Source: an uncultured Desulfovibrionaceae bacterium
Lineage (GTDB): Bacteria > Desulfobacterota > Desulfovibrionia > Desulfovibrionales > Desulfovibrionaceae
Reading direction: 5' to 3'
Length of the DNA: 64,000 nucleotides
NCBI GenBank assembly: GCA_944324045.1
Contig: CALUUT010000068.1
Location: forward strand, 33,285-97,284
The notes beneath the pieces are model-generated. The model was not told where the DNA came from, ran no database searches, and worked only from the letters and a program-made list of their open reading frames with translations. The translations under genes were made by a program, and so were the position numbers. This document shows, one piece after another, positions 35,908 to 44,905 of the stretch (the stretch's first letter is position 1; each line of letters starts with the position of its first letter).

Positions 35908-37074
35908 TCAGGCCAGAAGCGTCATATCGCCGTCGAGCATGGCCAGCGCAAGGGCTTTTTCCTCCCGAAGCCGGGACTGGACCGCGCTGCGCACCCTGCT
36001 GCTTGAAGAGCCGAACTGCCGCGAGCGCAGGGCGTAGATGTTTTCAATAAGCGACTTGTCGAAAACTTCCTGATTGACGGTCCCGTTTTTCCCGCCGGCC
36101 GCGACTTTTTGTTCCGTCTTGTTCATGGCCCTTGAAAAAATGCGCGCCGCCCCGCCCGGACCATGCTGCACCGCGGTGCTGAAGAGCACTTCCTGAAGCG
36201 CCGGCGACATTTCGTTGGGGTCAAGTCCTGTGTTGCGGATGAGGGCCTGCAGGGCCGGCTTATAATGATTGTCATGGACAAAGCGGTCCTGGAGCGATTC
36301 AAACAGTTCGGGATTTTCAGCGGCCAGTTGCTTCCAGATTCGCGGCATGCGGCCGTTTCTGCCGCCCGTGTCCGCTTCGCCGGCGGCCTGAAGCCGCCTG
36401 GCCCAATCCGGCTGTTGCTTGCGCAGATATTTTATGAACTGGTCCATGGTCCCGGCGCGCGATGAAAGCTGGTATTTTCCATAGGACGTTCCGCCATGGG
36501 CGTCATATCCGATGACGGAAATATCTTCGCCTGATTCAAAATGCGCGGACAAAGCGCCGGTCACTTCGGCCGGGACGTTCGGCTTTTTGGGCGTTTTGTC
36601 CGGCGGGGTTACGGAGCCGCGCACGGCGCCCCGGCCGGATATGCCGCGTTCCGGGGAAAGATATCCCGACAGGGCAAGAAGGGTGCTGTGCGTGTTGACG
36701 ATGTTGCGCAGGGTGTCCAGGGTGCTGTCCGTGGGGCTGCTGCTTTGGGAGAGCATGTCGAGCGTGTTGAACAGCTGCGCGTTCATCATGTGCAACGTCT
36801 GCTGCGCCTTGGCCGGCATGCCGCCGGACATTTGCGACGGCGTGCGGGAAATAGGCGTGATTTTCGCCATGCCGGGCGCGCGCCCTGAGGAACGCACGGC
36901 AACGGGCCGGAGGCTTTCGCGCTCGTTTGCATCTTTTGTCTTGTCTGCATCCGCTATGGCGTCGGCAAATTTGCGGGCCTGGATTGTGTCGCGCGCGCGT
37001 TCCTGCTTTTTGTCGTTGGTCGTGGCTGATATCTGCCGCGTGGTTGGTGTTCCGAAAAGAATGCTGTTGTTCAT
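35908..37074 (-). CDS. hypothetical protein with no signal peptide, a Ser/Thr/Pro-rich N-terminal half and a globular C-terminal domain (possibly lysozyme/chitosanase-like)
   Basis: 388-aa ORF with SD GGAGGGGAG. The C-terminal segment HFESGEDISVIGYDAHGGTSYGKYQLSSRAGTMDQFIKYL resembles, from memory only, VgrG3-C/chitosanase-like cell-wall hydrolase domains. It has a sigma54-type promoter upstream and its own terminator. Confidence 0.6.
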   Translation of the reverse strand: MNNSILFGTPTTRQISATTNDKKQERARDTIQARKFADAIADADKTKDANERESLRPVAVRSSGRAPGMAKITPISRTPSQMSGGMPAKAQQTLHMMNAQLFNTLDMLSQSSSPTDSTLDTLRNIVNTHSTLLALSGYLSPERGISGRGAVRGSVTPPDKTPKKPNVPAEVTGALSAHFESGEDISVIGYDAHGGTSYGKYQLSSRAGTMDQFIKYLRKQQPDWARRLQAAGEADTGGRNGRMPRIWKQLAAENPELFESLQDRFVHDNHYKPALQALIRNTGLDPNEMSPALQEVLFSTAVQHGPGGAARIFSRAMNKTEQKVAAGGKNGTVNQEVFDKSLIENIYALRSRQFGSSSSRVRSAVQSRLREEKALALAMLDGDMTLLA

Positions 37075-37140
37075 GCGACGGGCTCCCCTCCAAAAATCAT
37101 TGCCGCGTTCTCAGGAACCTGGGTCCGGCTGCAAGATAAA

Positions 37141-37156
37141 AGCAAGGGGAATGCCA
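37141..37156 (-). promoter_or_regulatory. sigma54-type promoter (-24 TGGCAT / -12 TTGCT)
   Basis: The minus strand reads TGGCATTCCCCTTGCT, which has the exact consensus spacing of TGGCAC-N5-TTGCW. The predicted start site is about 55 nt upstream of the ATG at 37074. Confidence 0.55.
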
Positions 37157-37411
37157 AGAAAAATAAATTCAGTTAAAACAGGTAATTGCTTTTAAGGAAG
37201 AGGCGGCGGCGGATATCGCGCGCTGCTTTGTCAGTATTTGGACATGGGCGCGCGCCAAAAATTTGAAAGATGCGGACCGGGGAGAATGAGCGCGTATCAA
37301 CGTTTGAAAGACGGCATGATGCTCGCTCATGCGGTTTGCGCGCATGGTCTGCGCGGCGGCGTCTGTTCGATGCCGGGCGGCGCTGGAACAAGGGCGCGGC
37401 CCTGTCCCGGT

Positions 37412-37537
37412 CCATCTGTCTTCCTTATGTGGTTTGAGACCGAAGGTCAAAAGGCCATAGAGCCCCACCCCGCGCCTTTTCTCGCGGGGCATCAGATGGG
37501 CGCTTCGCGTCCTGAAGGGCTTTGCTGCCTTATTGCT
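37412..37537 (-). repeat. conserved intergenic element, copy 3 of 3 (short form lacking the variable hairpin)
   Basis: The reverse complement aligns with copies 1 and 2. Its 5' anchor AGCAATAAGGCAGC contains the TAA stop of the M48 peptidase gene. Confidence 0.6.
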
Positions 37538-38360
37538 TTTTCCCAGAGCGGTACCGTTCCATTTCAGGAAGAATTTTTTTCAACTCAGCGATGCGCGTTT
37601 CATCCGAAGGGTGCGTGGACTGCCATTCGGCAACATTGGAATTTTTGTTCATGGCGGCCATGCGCTGCCAGAAGGTTATGGCGGCTTTCGGGTCATATCC
37701 GGCCTTGGCGGCGAGAATAAGCCCGATGTAGTCGGCCTCTGATTCATGCGTCCGGGAATACGGCAGCAGCACGCCGTATTGCATGCCTGTCCCGTATGCG
37801 GAGCCGAACAGTTCCGCCGCTCCGCTGGACTGGGTCGCAACGCCCACGGCGAGGGAGCCCACGGACTGGAGAAGAGAGGAGAGCGATTCCTGGCTCATGC
37901 GTTCCGCGCCGTGCCGCACAAGAGCGTGCGCCACTTCATGCCCGATAATGGCCGCAAGCTCGTCGTCGCTTTGCACGAAGTTGAGAATCCCGGTGTTGAC
38001 AAAGATGGAGCCGCCGGGCAGACAAAAGGCGTTGACTTCGTCGTCCTTAATCGTATGGAACTCCCACTTGAATTCCATGGGTTTTGGCACTTCCGGGTCA
38101 GGCTGTTCCGCGGCCGCGGCGATGCGCTTGCCTACCCGTTCGACCATGCGCGATTGCGAGGTCCCGGTCACCACGGAGCTTTTTTGGAGTATTTCCTTTG
38201 AATAGGCCGCGCCCAGGGCTTTTTCCTCATCCGCATCCATCATGATAAGTTGCGAGCGCCCGGTATAGGGGGCCCTGACGCAGGCGAACGCGCCAAGGCA
38301 CATGATGAGAAGGCACAGCGCCGGCAGGGCGCGCGCGGTGTTATGCAAAGGAATGTTCAT
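37530..38360 (-). CDS. M48-family zinc metallopeptidase (secreted/periplasmic)
   Basis: HEVAHAL zinc motif (IIGHEVAHALVRHGAERMS), downstream ESEADYIG and an N-terminal signal sequence. Confidence 0.88.
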   Translation of the reverse strand: MNIPLHNTARALPALCLLIMCLGAFACVRAPYTGRSQLIMMDADEEKALGAAYSKEILQKSSVVTGTSQSRMVERVGKRIAAAAEQPDPEVPKPMEFKWEFHTIKDDEVNAFCLPGGSIFVNTGILNFVQSDDELAAIIGHEVAHALVRHGAERMSQESLSSLLQSVGSLAVGVATQSSGAAELFGSAYGTGMQYGVLLPYSRTHESEADYIGLILAAKAGYDPKAAITFWQRMAAMNKNSNVAEWQSTHPSDETRIAELKKILPEMERYRSGKKQ

Positions 38361-38487
38361 GGCCGTCCTTTTCCCTGAATGGGGAGACTTGTCGTTTGAA
38401 AACAGAACTTGACGGACTTGAAGTTTGACCTATCTTCTTTCTTCTGACAAGCTGAACATATGATACTTTTATATCGAGGTCTTAAGC

Positions 38488-40782
38488 ATGGGTAAAGCGC
38501 TTATCATCGTGGAATCTCCCGCCAAGGTGAAAACCATCAAGAAATTTCTGGGAGCGGACTATTCGGTGCAGGCGAGCGTGGGGCATGTGCGCGACTTGCC
38601 GGTAGGCAGCATCGGGGTAGATGAAAGCCATGATTTCGCGCCGGATTACCAGATCATTCCGGGGAAAGAAAAAATTGTCGCCGGACTCCAGGAAGCCGCG
38701 GCCAAGGCGGATGAAGTGTTTTTGGCCCCGGACCCGGACCGCGAAGGGGAAGCCATTGCCTGGCATGTCGCGGAGCTTATCCGGGACAAAAACCCTAATA
38801 TCAAACGGATTCAGTTCAACGAAATCACGGCGCGGGCCGTGCGCGACGCTTTGGCGCATCCTCGCGAACTGAATCGCGATCTGTATGACGCGCAGCAGGC
38901 GCGGCGCGTTTTGGATCGCCTGGTCGGGTATAAAATATCGCCTCTTTTGTGGAAGAAAGTCAAACGCGGCATCTCCGCAGGCCGCGTTCAGTCCGTGGCC
39001 CTGCGGCTTATCGTGGAGCGCGAGCATGAGCGACGGGCATTCAAACCCGAAGAATACTGGGTGCTTACAGCCCACCTGCAGGGAAATTCCCCGCCGCCCT
39101 TTACTGCGGAACTGTTTAAAGTCGAAGGCAAAAAACCGGTTATAGCCAATGAGGAAGCCGCGCGGAAACTCGAAGAGATCATCCGCGCCCATACCTTTGA
39201 GACGGCGGGCATTGAGGAAAAAGAACGCTCGCGCGAGCCGCAGCCGCCATTTATCACCTCCACCCTGCAACAGGCGGCAAACCAGCGGCTTGGGTATCCG
39301 GCCAGGCGGACCATGACCATTGCGCAACGCCTCTATGAAGGGGTAGACCTTGACGAACTGGGAACAGTGGCGCTTATCACCTATATGCGCACCGATTCCG
39401 TGCGCATTGCGGACGAAGCCCGGGACGCGGCCAGAGAATATATCCTTTCCCATTACGGCGCGGATTATTATCCGCCCAAACCGCGCGCGTTTAAAAGCAA
39501 GGGTTCCGCTCAGGACGCCCATGAAGCCATTCGGCCGGTTGATGTGAATATCACCCCGGAATCAATCAAAGGACAGGTTCCGCCAGATCAATACCAGCTC
39601 TACAAGCTTATCTGGAGCCGGTTCGTCGCTTCCCAGATGGCCGCGGCCCGCTTTCACGACACCACGGTCAGCATTGCAAACGGACCGGCGCTCTGGCGGG
39701 CCAGAGGCGAGCGGCTGCTCTTTCCCGGATTTCTGGCCGTCTTCCCCCAGAAGGACGACACGGTCCTGTTGCCGCCCTTAGTCAAGGGCGAGACGCTGAA
39801 ACTGGAAAAGCTCGACAAAGAGCAGAAATTCACCCAGCCGCCGGCGCGCTATACTGAAGCCTCGCTTGTGCGCGAGCTTGAGGAAAAAGGGATTGGCCGC
39901 CCTTCCACCTATGCCAGCATTATTTCCACCCTGCTTGATCGGGAATATGCCAAACTTGAGGACAAGCATTTCATGCCCACGGACCTTGGGGATGTGGTGT
40001 GCCGTCAACTTACCGGACACTTTGGTTCGCTCATGGACGTGAATTTCACGGCGACAATGGAAGATTCTCTGGATAAGGTGGCGGAAGGCAAAGAAAACTG
40101 GGTTGCCCTGCTCAAGGGGTTTTCCCATGAATTTAACGATACCCTGGCAAACGCCGCCAAAACCATGGAAAGCGTGAAAACAGGCGTGCCCACGGGCTTG
40201 ACCTGTCCGCAGTGCGGCAAGGAACTGGTCGTGAAATTCGGAAAGGCCGGCACCTTTCTTGCCTGCAGCGGATACCCTGAATGCACCTTTACCAGCAATT
40301 TCACCCGTGATGAAAACGGGAATATTCAGTTGCAGGAAAAGGTTGCGGTGAATCGTGAAGTTGTCGGAAAGTGTCCACTATGCAATGGCGATTTGGTGGT
40401 GAAAAAGGCTCGCACAGGCAGCCGGTTTATTGCCTGTTCCAATTATCCGGATTGCGAGTACGCCAAACCCTTTTCCACCGGCATCCCCTGTCCAAGGGAT
40501 GGGTGCAATGGCGTTTTGGTTGAAAAAAGTTCCCGCAGAGGAAAGGTTTTTTATGCGTGCGACCAGTACCCGAAGTGCGATTATGCGGTATGGGATCCCC
40601 CGGTCAATGAGCCCTGTCCTCAATGCGGCTCAAAAATTCTCACGCTTAAGACCACCCGTGGCGTCAAGCGGCTGGTGTGCCCGGAAAAGAACTGCAAGTA
40701 TGTGAGAAAACTTGGTGAAGATGAAAGCGGCGCGGCGGACGGCGGCCTTGCGCTGCCTTTGGAAGAGAACAAGACAGAGTAG
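38488..40782 (+). CDS. topA: DNA topoisomerase I
   Basis: TOPRIM start KALIIVESPAKVKTIKKFLG, active-site region ITYMRTDS and four C-terminal C4 zinc-ribbon repeats (CPQCGK...C, CPLCNG...C and others). Confidence 0.97.
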   Translation: MGKALIIVESPAKVKTIKKFLGADYSVQASVGHVRDLPVGSIGVDESHDFAPDYQIIPGKEKIVAGLQEAAAKADEVFLAPDPDREGEAIAWHVAELIRDKNPNIKRIQFNEITARAVRDALAHPRELNRDLYDAQQARRVLDRLVGYKISPLLWKKVKRGISAGRVQSVALRLIVEREHERRAFKPEEYWVLTAHLQGNSPPPFTAELFKVEGKKPVIANEEAARKLEEIIRAHTFETAGIEEKERSREPQPPFITSTLQQAANQRLGYPARRTMTIAQRLYEGVDLDELGTVALITYMRTDSVRIADEARDAAREYILSHYGADYYPPKPRAFKSKGSAQDAHEAIRPVDVNITPESIKGQVPPDQYQLYKLIWSRFVASQMAAARFHDTTVSIANGPALWRARGERLLFPGFLAVFPQKDDTVLLPPLVKGETLKLEKLDKEQKFTQPPARYTEASLVRELEEKGIGRPSTYASIISTLLDREYAKLEDKHFMPTDLGDVVCRQLTGHFGSLMDVNFTATMEDSLDKVAEGKENWVALLKGFSHEFNDTLANAAKTMESVKTGVPTGLTCPQCGKELVVKFGKAGTFLACSGYPECTFTSNFTRDENGNIQLQEKVAVNREVVGKCPLCNGDLVVKKARTGSRFIACSNYPDCEYAKPFSTGIPCPRDGCNGVLVEKSSRRGKVFYACDQYPKCDYAVWDPPVNEPCPQCGSKILTLKTTRGVKRLVCPEKNCKYVRKLGEDESGAADGGLALPLEENKTE

Positions 40783-40849
40783 CGTGGGCCGGATGCGCCC
40801 CGCATGGAGAGCGCCTGGCGACGATTTCTGAAATTTTTCGCGCCGGGAA

Positions 40850-40881
40850 GCCGGGGGAATGTTTCCCCCGGCGTATTTTTT
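40850..40881 (+). terminator. intrinsic terminator after topA
   Basis: gccggggg / aatgttt / cccccggc followed by gtatttttt. Confidence 0.75.
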
Positions 40882-40905
40882 ACAGGCGTTGCCGCGCCGG
40901 GGCCG

Positions 40906-41481
40906 CTATTCCGGCACGACTTTTCCGGCAAGAGCTAGAACGCCGAGAAGAATTTTTATTTTCGCCATGTCGTTTGCATAGATGCTTTCAAGACCCGCGT
41001 AGTCGTCATCCACGATGATGCCGTTTGTCACGCCCGGACTGTTTTCCAGGACTTTTTTATAGCTTGGGTCTGTGGAGCTTACGACATATTCCGCGCTGTA
41101 GGGCGAAAATCCCTTGTCGTCGCCTTTATTCAGGGCAAAGCGCACGATATAGCGCAACGTGACGGCGTCAGGCGGCAGTTTGGATGCGGCGTTTAAAAAT
41201 GCGGCGGCGGCCGCGCTTTCTAAAGCGCCAAGTTTCGGCTCGGTTTGCAGGATTTTGGGAATATCGAACTCCGCATCGGCCTGTACGATATCCCGCCCCT
41301 GTTTGTCCGTGTAGTGGGACCAGAGCGTTTTTTTGAAATAGGAATAGTTTTCAAACGCCTTGCCCACAGTGATGGACTTGTCGATATCCAGAGTTCCGTT
41401 TTTGACTCTGTTTTCCGGCGAGGTGCACGCGGCAAGTCCAAAAAAAACGATGAAAAGAAGAATAAAGCGTTTGACGCGCAT
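40906..41481 (-). CDS. hypothetical lipoprotein
   Basis: MRVKRFILLFIVFFGLAAC lipobox. No family recognised. Last gene of the flagellar-side operon. Confidence 0.6.
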   Translation of the reverse strand: MRVKRFILLFIVFFGLAACTSPENRVKNGTLDIDKSITVGKAFENYSYFKKTLWSHYTDKQGRDIVQADAEFDIPKILQTEPKLGALESAAAAAFLNAASKLPPDAVTLRYIVRFALNKGDDKGFSPYSAEYVVSSTDPSYKKVLENSPGVTNGIIVDDDYAGLESIYANDMAKIKILLGVLALAGKVVPE

Positions 41482-41491
41482 GGTGTACTCC

Positions 41492-41914
41492 TTACAATGC
41501 ATTCAGTTTGCCGAGTATCAGGCTGATTTCATCGCGGGAAAGTCCGCTTTGCAGGGCGAGTTGGTCAATGCTTTTACCCGCCTTATACCCTGACAGGATG
41601 GATTCGCGCAAGACCATTGGCGAGCGGGCCACAGCTTCCGCCTGTTCCAGGAGTTTGCGCAAACCGGCCGCCCGGTCTTCAAGGCGGATGTCAAGGTTGC
41701 GCAATTCCTCCTGCCGCTGGCTGAAGGAATCCATGATTTCATGCTCAAGCTCGGCATTGAAATGGAGTTTCTGCAGAAGCTGTTCCTGACTTGCCTGGAG
41801 CGCGTTCAGAATTTTTTCAGAGCGTCTGAGTCTGGAAAAAAACACGAAGATCGCGATGAGAACCACGATTTCCACAATGCTGATGACGACAAGTAGCAAG
41901 AAAGAAAATTGCAT
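41492..41914 (-). CDS. hypothetical single-pass membrane protein with coiled-coil and C-terminal HTH-like tail (DUF2802-like, tentative)
   Basis: The ATG at 41914 gives MQFSFLLLVVISIVEIVVLIAIFVFF... and ends ..GKSIDQLALQSGLSRDEISLILGKLNAL. Flagellar gene neighbourhood. Confidence 0.5.
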   Translation of the reverse strand: MQFSFLLLVVISIVEIVVLIAIFVFFSRLRRSEKILNALQASQEQLLQKLHFNAELEHEIMDSFSQRQEELRNLDIRLEDRAAGLRKLLEQAEAVARSPMVLRESILSGYKAGKSIDQLALQSGLSRDEISLILGKLNAL

Positions 41915-42087
41915 ATGACTGTGACCCCGGGCAGACTGCGCAAAAAGGGCGCGCGATGTTCGTGGGTTATGCGCATCCTCCGGCGAAATGCGCAATGCTG
42001 TGGAGTTCTCCGGGCTGATCTGCCATGGCCGCTGTTCCAGAAGCCCGCTTCTGGAACGCATTTTGAGCGTATCAAAGGCCATTGCCC

Positions 42088-42399
42088 TTATATCCGGACA
42101 TTTAAAAGATTACCGCTCCACGGCGCGGCCGGGCTCTGCGCGGCCGCGTTTTTGCTTTTGCCGCGCGCCTGCCGCTTTGGCTGTTGAAACGCCTGCTTTT
42201 CTTCCGCGTCAGGGCTGATTTTTTGTCCGTTCTGACCGGCTTCGGTTTTTTTTACCTGCGCGTTTTCCTGTTTCAGGGTATGAACGGCGTACGCCTGGGC
42301 CGCGGCCGCCTGCGTTTCCGGCTGAGTCTGCACTTCGTAGGCCACCCGTTCAAGAAGCCCTAATGAAGCCATGGCCTGAGGAATGGGAGTAATGGACAT
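42088..42399 (-). CDS. hypothetical Gln/Ala-rich small protein
   Basis: ATG at 42399 after GGGAGA. No family recognised. Lies between fliL and the DUF2802-like gene. Confidence 0.45.
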   Translation of the reverse strand: MSITPIPQAMASLGLLERVAYEVQTQPETQAAAAQAYAVHTLKQENAQVKKTEAGQNGQKISPDAEEKQAFQQPKRQARGKSKNAAAQSPAAPWSGNLLNVRI

Positions 42400-42478
42400 G
42401 TTTTTTCTCCCGGACAAAAAATACCAACCCGTTCGCCGGGTTCGGCGCAGTGCGCCCGCCACTGACGCGGCTTCTTAT

Positions 42479-43222
42479 TCATTTGACAAGATAACTCTCA
42501 ATAAGCAGACTGTCCATGGTTCCAGTGGACAAATGACCGTTTAGAATGCCGAGCAAATCCTGTTTCATGACAGCCACGTTTTCTTTATCGGAAAGAAATG
42601 TCAGGTTCTTATGTTTCAGATAATAAAAGACGGCGTCCCGTAAAAGCAGTATCTTGTTGCCGGCCTCCCAGCGCACTCTTTCATCCTTGCTTGAGGCTGT
42701 GAACTTGAATATGAGAAAGCGGGTGTTGCCTTCCGTGTCGGTTTGCTCAACCCAGAACGGTTCAAACGACATGGCGTAATCCTGAGGCACCGGCGGGGCC
42801 ACGGATTCAGGGACGGCGGTCTGATCTGCTTCAGCCGCGGGCGGCGGGGTTTGCTCCTCTTTTTTTATGAATAAAAAATAGACGCAAACGGCAATAACAA
42901 TGAGAAGCGCAAACCCTGTTTTAAAATTGAGAATCCTGCTCAGCCCCGGATGCGCGTCGCGCCAGCCTGTTTTTTCATCCGACGCGTCCTTTACGGCAAA
43001 AGGTTGCGCGGGGGAATTTTTTTTGTCTTCCGGACGCTCTTCCTCAACAAGAAAAGGCGCGCCTTCAAGGTCAAGCTCGACCTTGGCCATGGCGTCGTAT
43101 TCTTTCTTGTTGTCCAGGAATTCATGGGAACTTAAATTCGTATCCAGCTCCACGCCGCCGTTGGCGGATGCATTCGCGGACGCATTTTTTGAGGGAGGAT
43201 CATCGGGTAATGCAAAGAGCAT
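42479..43222 (-). CDS. fliL: flagellar basal-body-associated protein FliL (long N-terminal form)
   Basis: Single TM segment FALLIVIAVCVYFLFI followed by a FliL-like C-terminal domain (FLIFKFTASS..LLLRDAVFYYL..LLGILNGHLSTG..LLIESYLVK). Confidence 0.75.
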   Translation of the reverse strand: MLFALPDDPPSKNASANASANGGVELDTNLSSHEFLDNKKEYDAMAKVELDLEGAPFLVEEERPEDKKNSPAQPFAVKDASDEKTGWRDAHPGLSRILNFKTGFALLIVIAVCVYFLFIKKEEQTPPPAAEADQTAVPESVAPPVPQDYAMSFEPFWVEQTDTEGNTRFLIFKFTASSKDERVRWEAGNKILLLRDAVFYYLKHKNLTFLSDKENVAVMKQDLLGILNGHLSTGTMDSLLIESYLVK

Positions 43223-43581
43223 GGCATGTCCTAATGAGCCGGAGGTATCCGGACGGAATGGGAACGGCCGAAGCCGGACTTTTTTGTCGGATGGACGGAA
43301 CCTTCAAGAGGACGAGCATACAGGCCGTTTAGCGTGTATGCTCCCATTGCCGTATTGTTATGCTTTTTTCGTCCTCTTGTATGGAAGAAGCGCAGCTGCC
43401 GGCCCTCAGGCGTGATTTTTGATCATTCCATCCGAAAAGAGCATTTTCAAGAGCATGTTTTGCCGGACTGCGCGATGCCGCAAAAGCGTCCGCGCTTTTT
43501 AAAACGACAGATTTTACACTATCTGGCGTTTTAAGCCGCTTATTTTTGGCAAAAGACGCAATACTTACAGAACGGACGATT

Positions 43582-43962
43582 CTACGGAAATATTTTTTCA
43601 ATTTTCTGCTTCATGGTTTCAGCGGTGAAAGGTTTGACGATATAATTCGACACCTTGGCCTGCACCGCTTCGATGATGTTTTCCTGTTGCGCTTCAGCCG
43701 TGACCATAAGGAAGGGAATGTCCGCAAATTCCTCGCTGCTGCGTACCTTTCGCAACAGTTCGATGCCGGTCATTTTAGGCATGTTCCAGTCGGAAACGAT
43801 GAAGTCGATTTTATCCTTGTTCAGAACTTCCCACGCGGTGGTTCCGTCGTCCGCCTCGACGACGTTTGTGAAACCAAGCTGGCGAAGAATGTTTTTGATG
43901 ATCCGGCGCATGGTTGAAAAATCGTCAACCACAAGCACCCGCATCTCTGGGTTGTAGGGCAT
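43582..43962 (-). CDS. cheY: chemotaxis response regulator CheY
   Basis: 126-aa stand-alone receiver domain with VVDDFSTMRR, SDWNMPKMTG, MVTA and KPF. Confidence 0.9.
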   Translation of the reverse strand: MPYNPEMRVLVVDDFSTMRRIIKNILRQLGFTNVVEADDGTTAWEVLNKDKIDFIVSDWNMPKMTGIELLRKVRSSEEFADIPFLMVTAEAQQENIIEAVQAKVSNYIVKPFTAETMKQKIEKIFP

Positions 43963-44107
43963 GATCTATACTCCTTCTTTCTGGTCAGTCATTTGGCCAT
44001 GGCGTTTATATCCGGCGTAAGGGCATGAAGGACATACGCTATGGACATTCAGCCATGTCCAAGCGTATTTTTTACTGCTCAGCAAAAGCCCCTCTCCGCC
44101 ATGTTTT

Positions 44108-44905
44108 TTACAAGGCGCCGTTGCCGTATTGATTGTGAAATTCGCGGCGCAGGCGGTTCAACGCTTGAGTATGCAATTGTGAAACCCGTCCCTCAGTGAT
44201 GCCCATTACTTCAGCCGTTTCCCGCATATTCAGTTCATCCGTGTAATACAGTGATAATACCAGCTTCTCACGGGGTGTCAATTGCTCAATAAGCGCCGCA
44301 ACTTTATCAATTAAATCGTTGGTTGCAACGGCGCGGTACGGCTCATCATATTCCATATTTTTTTCATCAAGGAGAAGAGAATCCTGCATGTTGTCCAGGG
44401 ACAGGCAAAGCTGGTTTTGCATTGCTTCCATGGTTTCCCGTATGTCCTTGATGGGAATTCCGGTATCCTTGCTCAGCTCCGCTTCGGACGGCAGGACGCC
44501 ATGCTCGTTGCCCAGACGCTGAATGGCTTCGTCAAGATGCCGGATACGCTGGCGCAGGGAGCGGGGAAGCCAGTCCAGGCGACGCAGTTCGTCAAGCATG
44601 GCTCCGCGGATGCGGTTTTCGGAATAGGTATCGAACTTTATTCCCATTTGGGGCTGGAATTTGCCCAAAGCCTCGACAAGTCCAAGCGTTCCTGCGCTGA
44701 TAAGCTCCGAAAGCTCTATGGATTTCGGCAGCTTGTATTTTAGGCGGGAGGCGATGTATTTTATTTTTGGCGCATAATGACGGACAATGCTTTCCTGTTG
44801 GGATGCAGTAAAGTCCGGCCACGCGATGCGTCCGGTTTCAAAATCCTCCCAGGGGCCGCTATTTCCCGAACAGGAGTTTTTTCCAGAAAAACTTGATGTT
44901 ACCAT
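44108..44905 (-). CDS. fliA: flagellar sigma factor FliA (sigma28)
   Basis: Region 2 (LISAGTLGLVEALGKFQP..GIKFDTYSENRIRGAMLDELRR) and the region 4 HTH (ELNMRETAEVMGITEGRVSQLHTQAL). Confidence 0.92.
   Translation of the reverse strand: MVTSSFSGKNSCSGNSGPWEDFETGRIAWPDFTASQQESIVRHYAPKIKYIASRLKYKLPKSIELSELISAGTLGLVEALGKFQPQMGIKFDTYSENRIRGAMLDELRRLDWLPRSLRQRIRHLDEAIQRLGNEHGVLPSEAELSKDTGIPIKDIRETMEAMQNQLCLSLDNMQDSLLLDEKNMEYDEPYRAVATNDLIDKVAALIEQLTPREKLVLSLYYTDELNMRETAEVMGITEGRVSQLHTQALNRLRREFHNQYGNGAL

Noticed and set aside
38482-39522. 346-aa minus-strand ORF
   Set aside because: It is antisense to topA.
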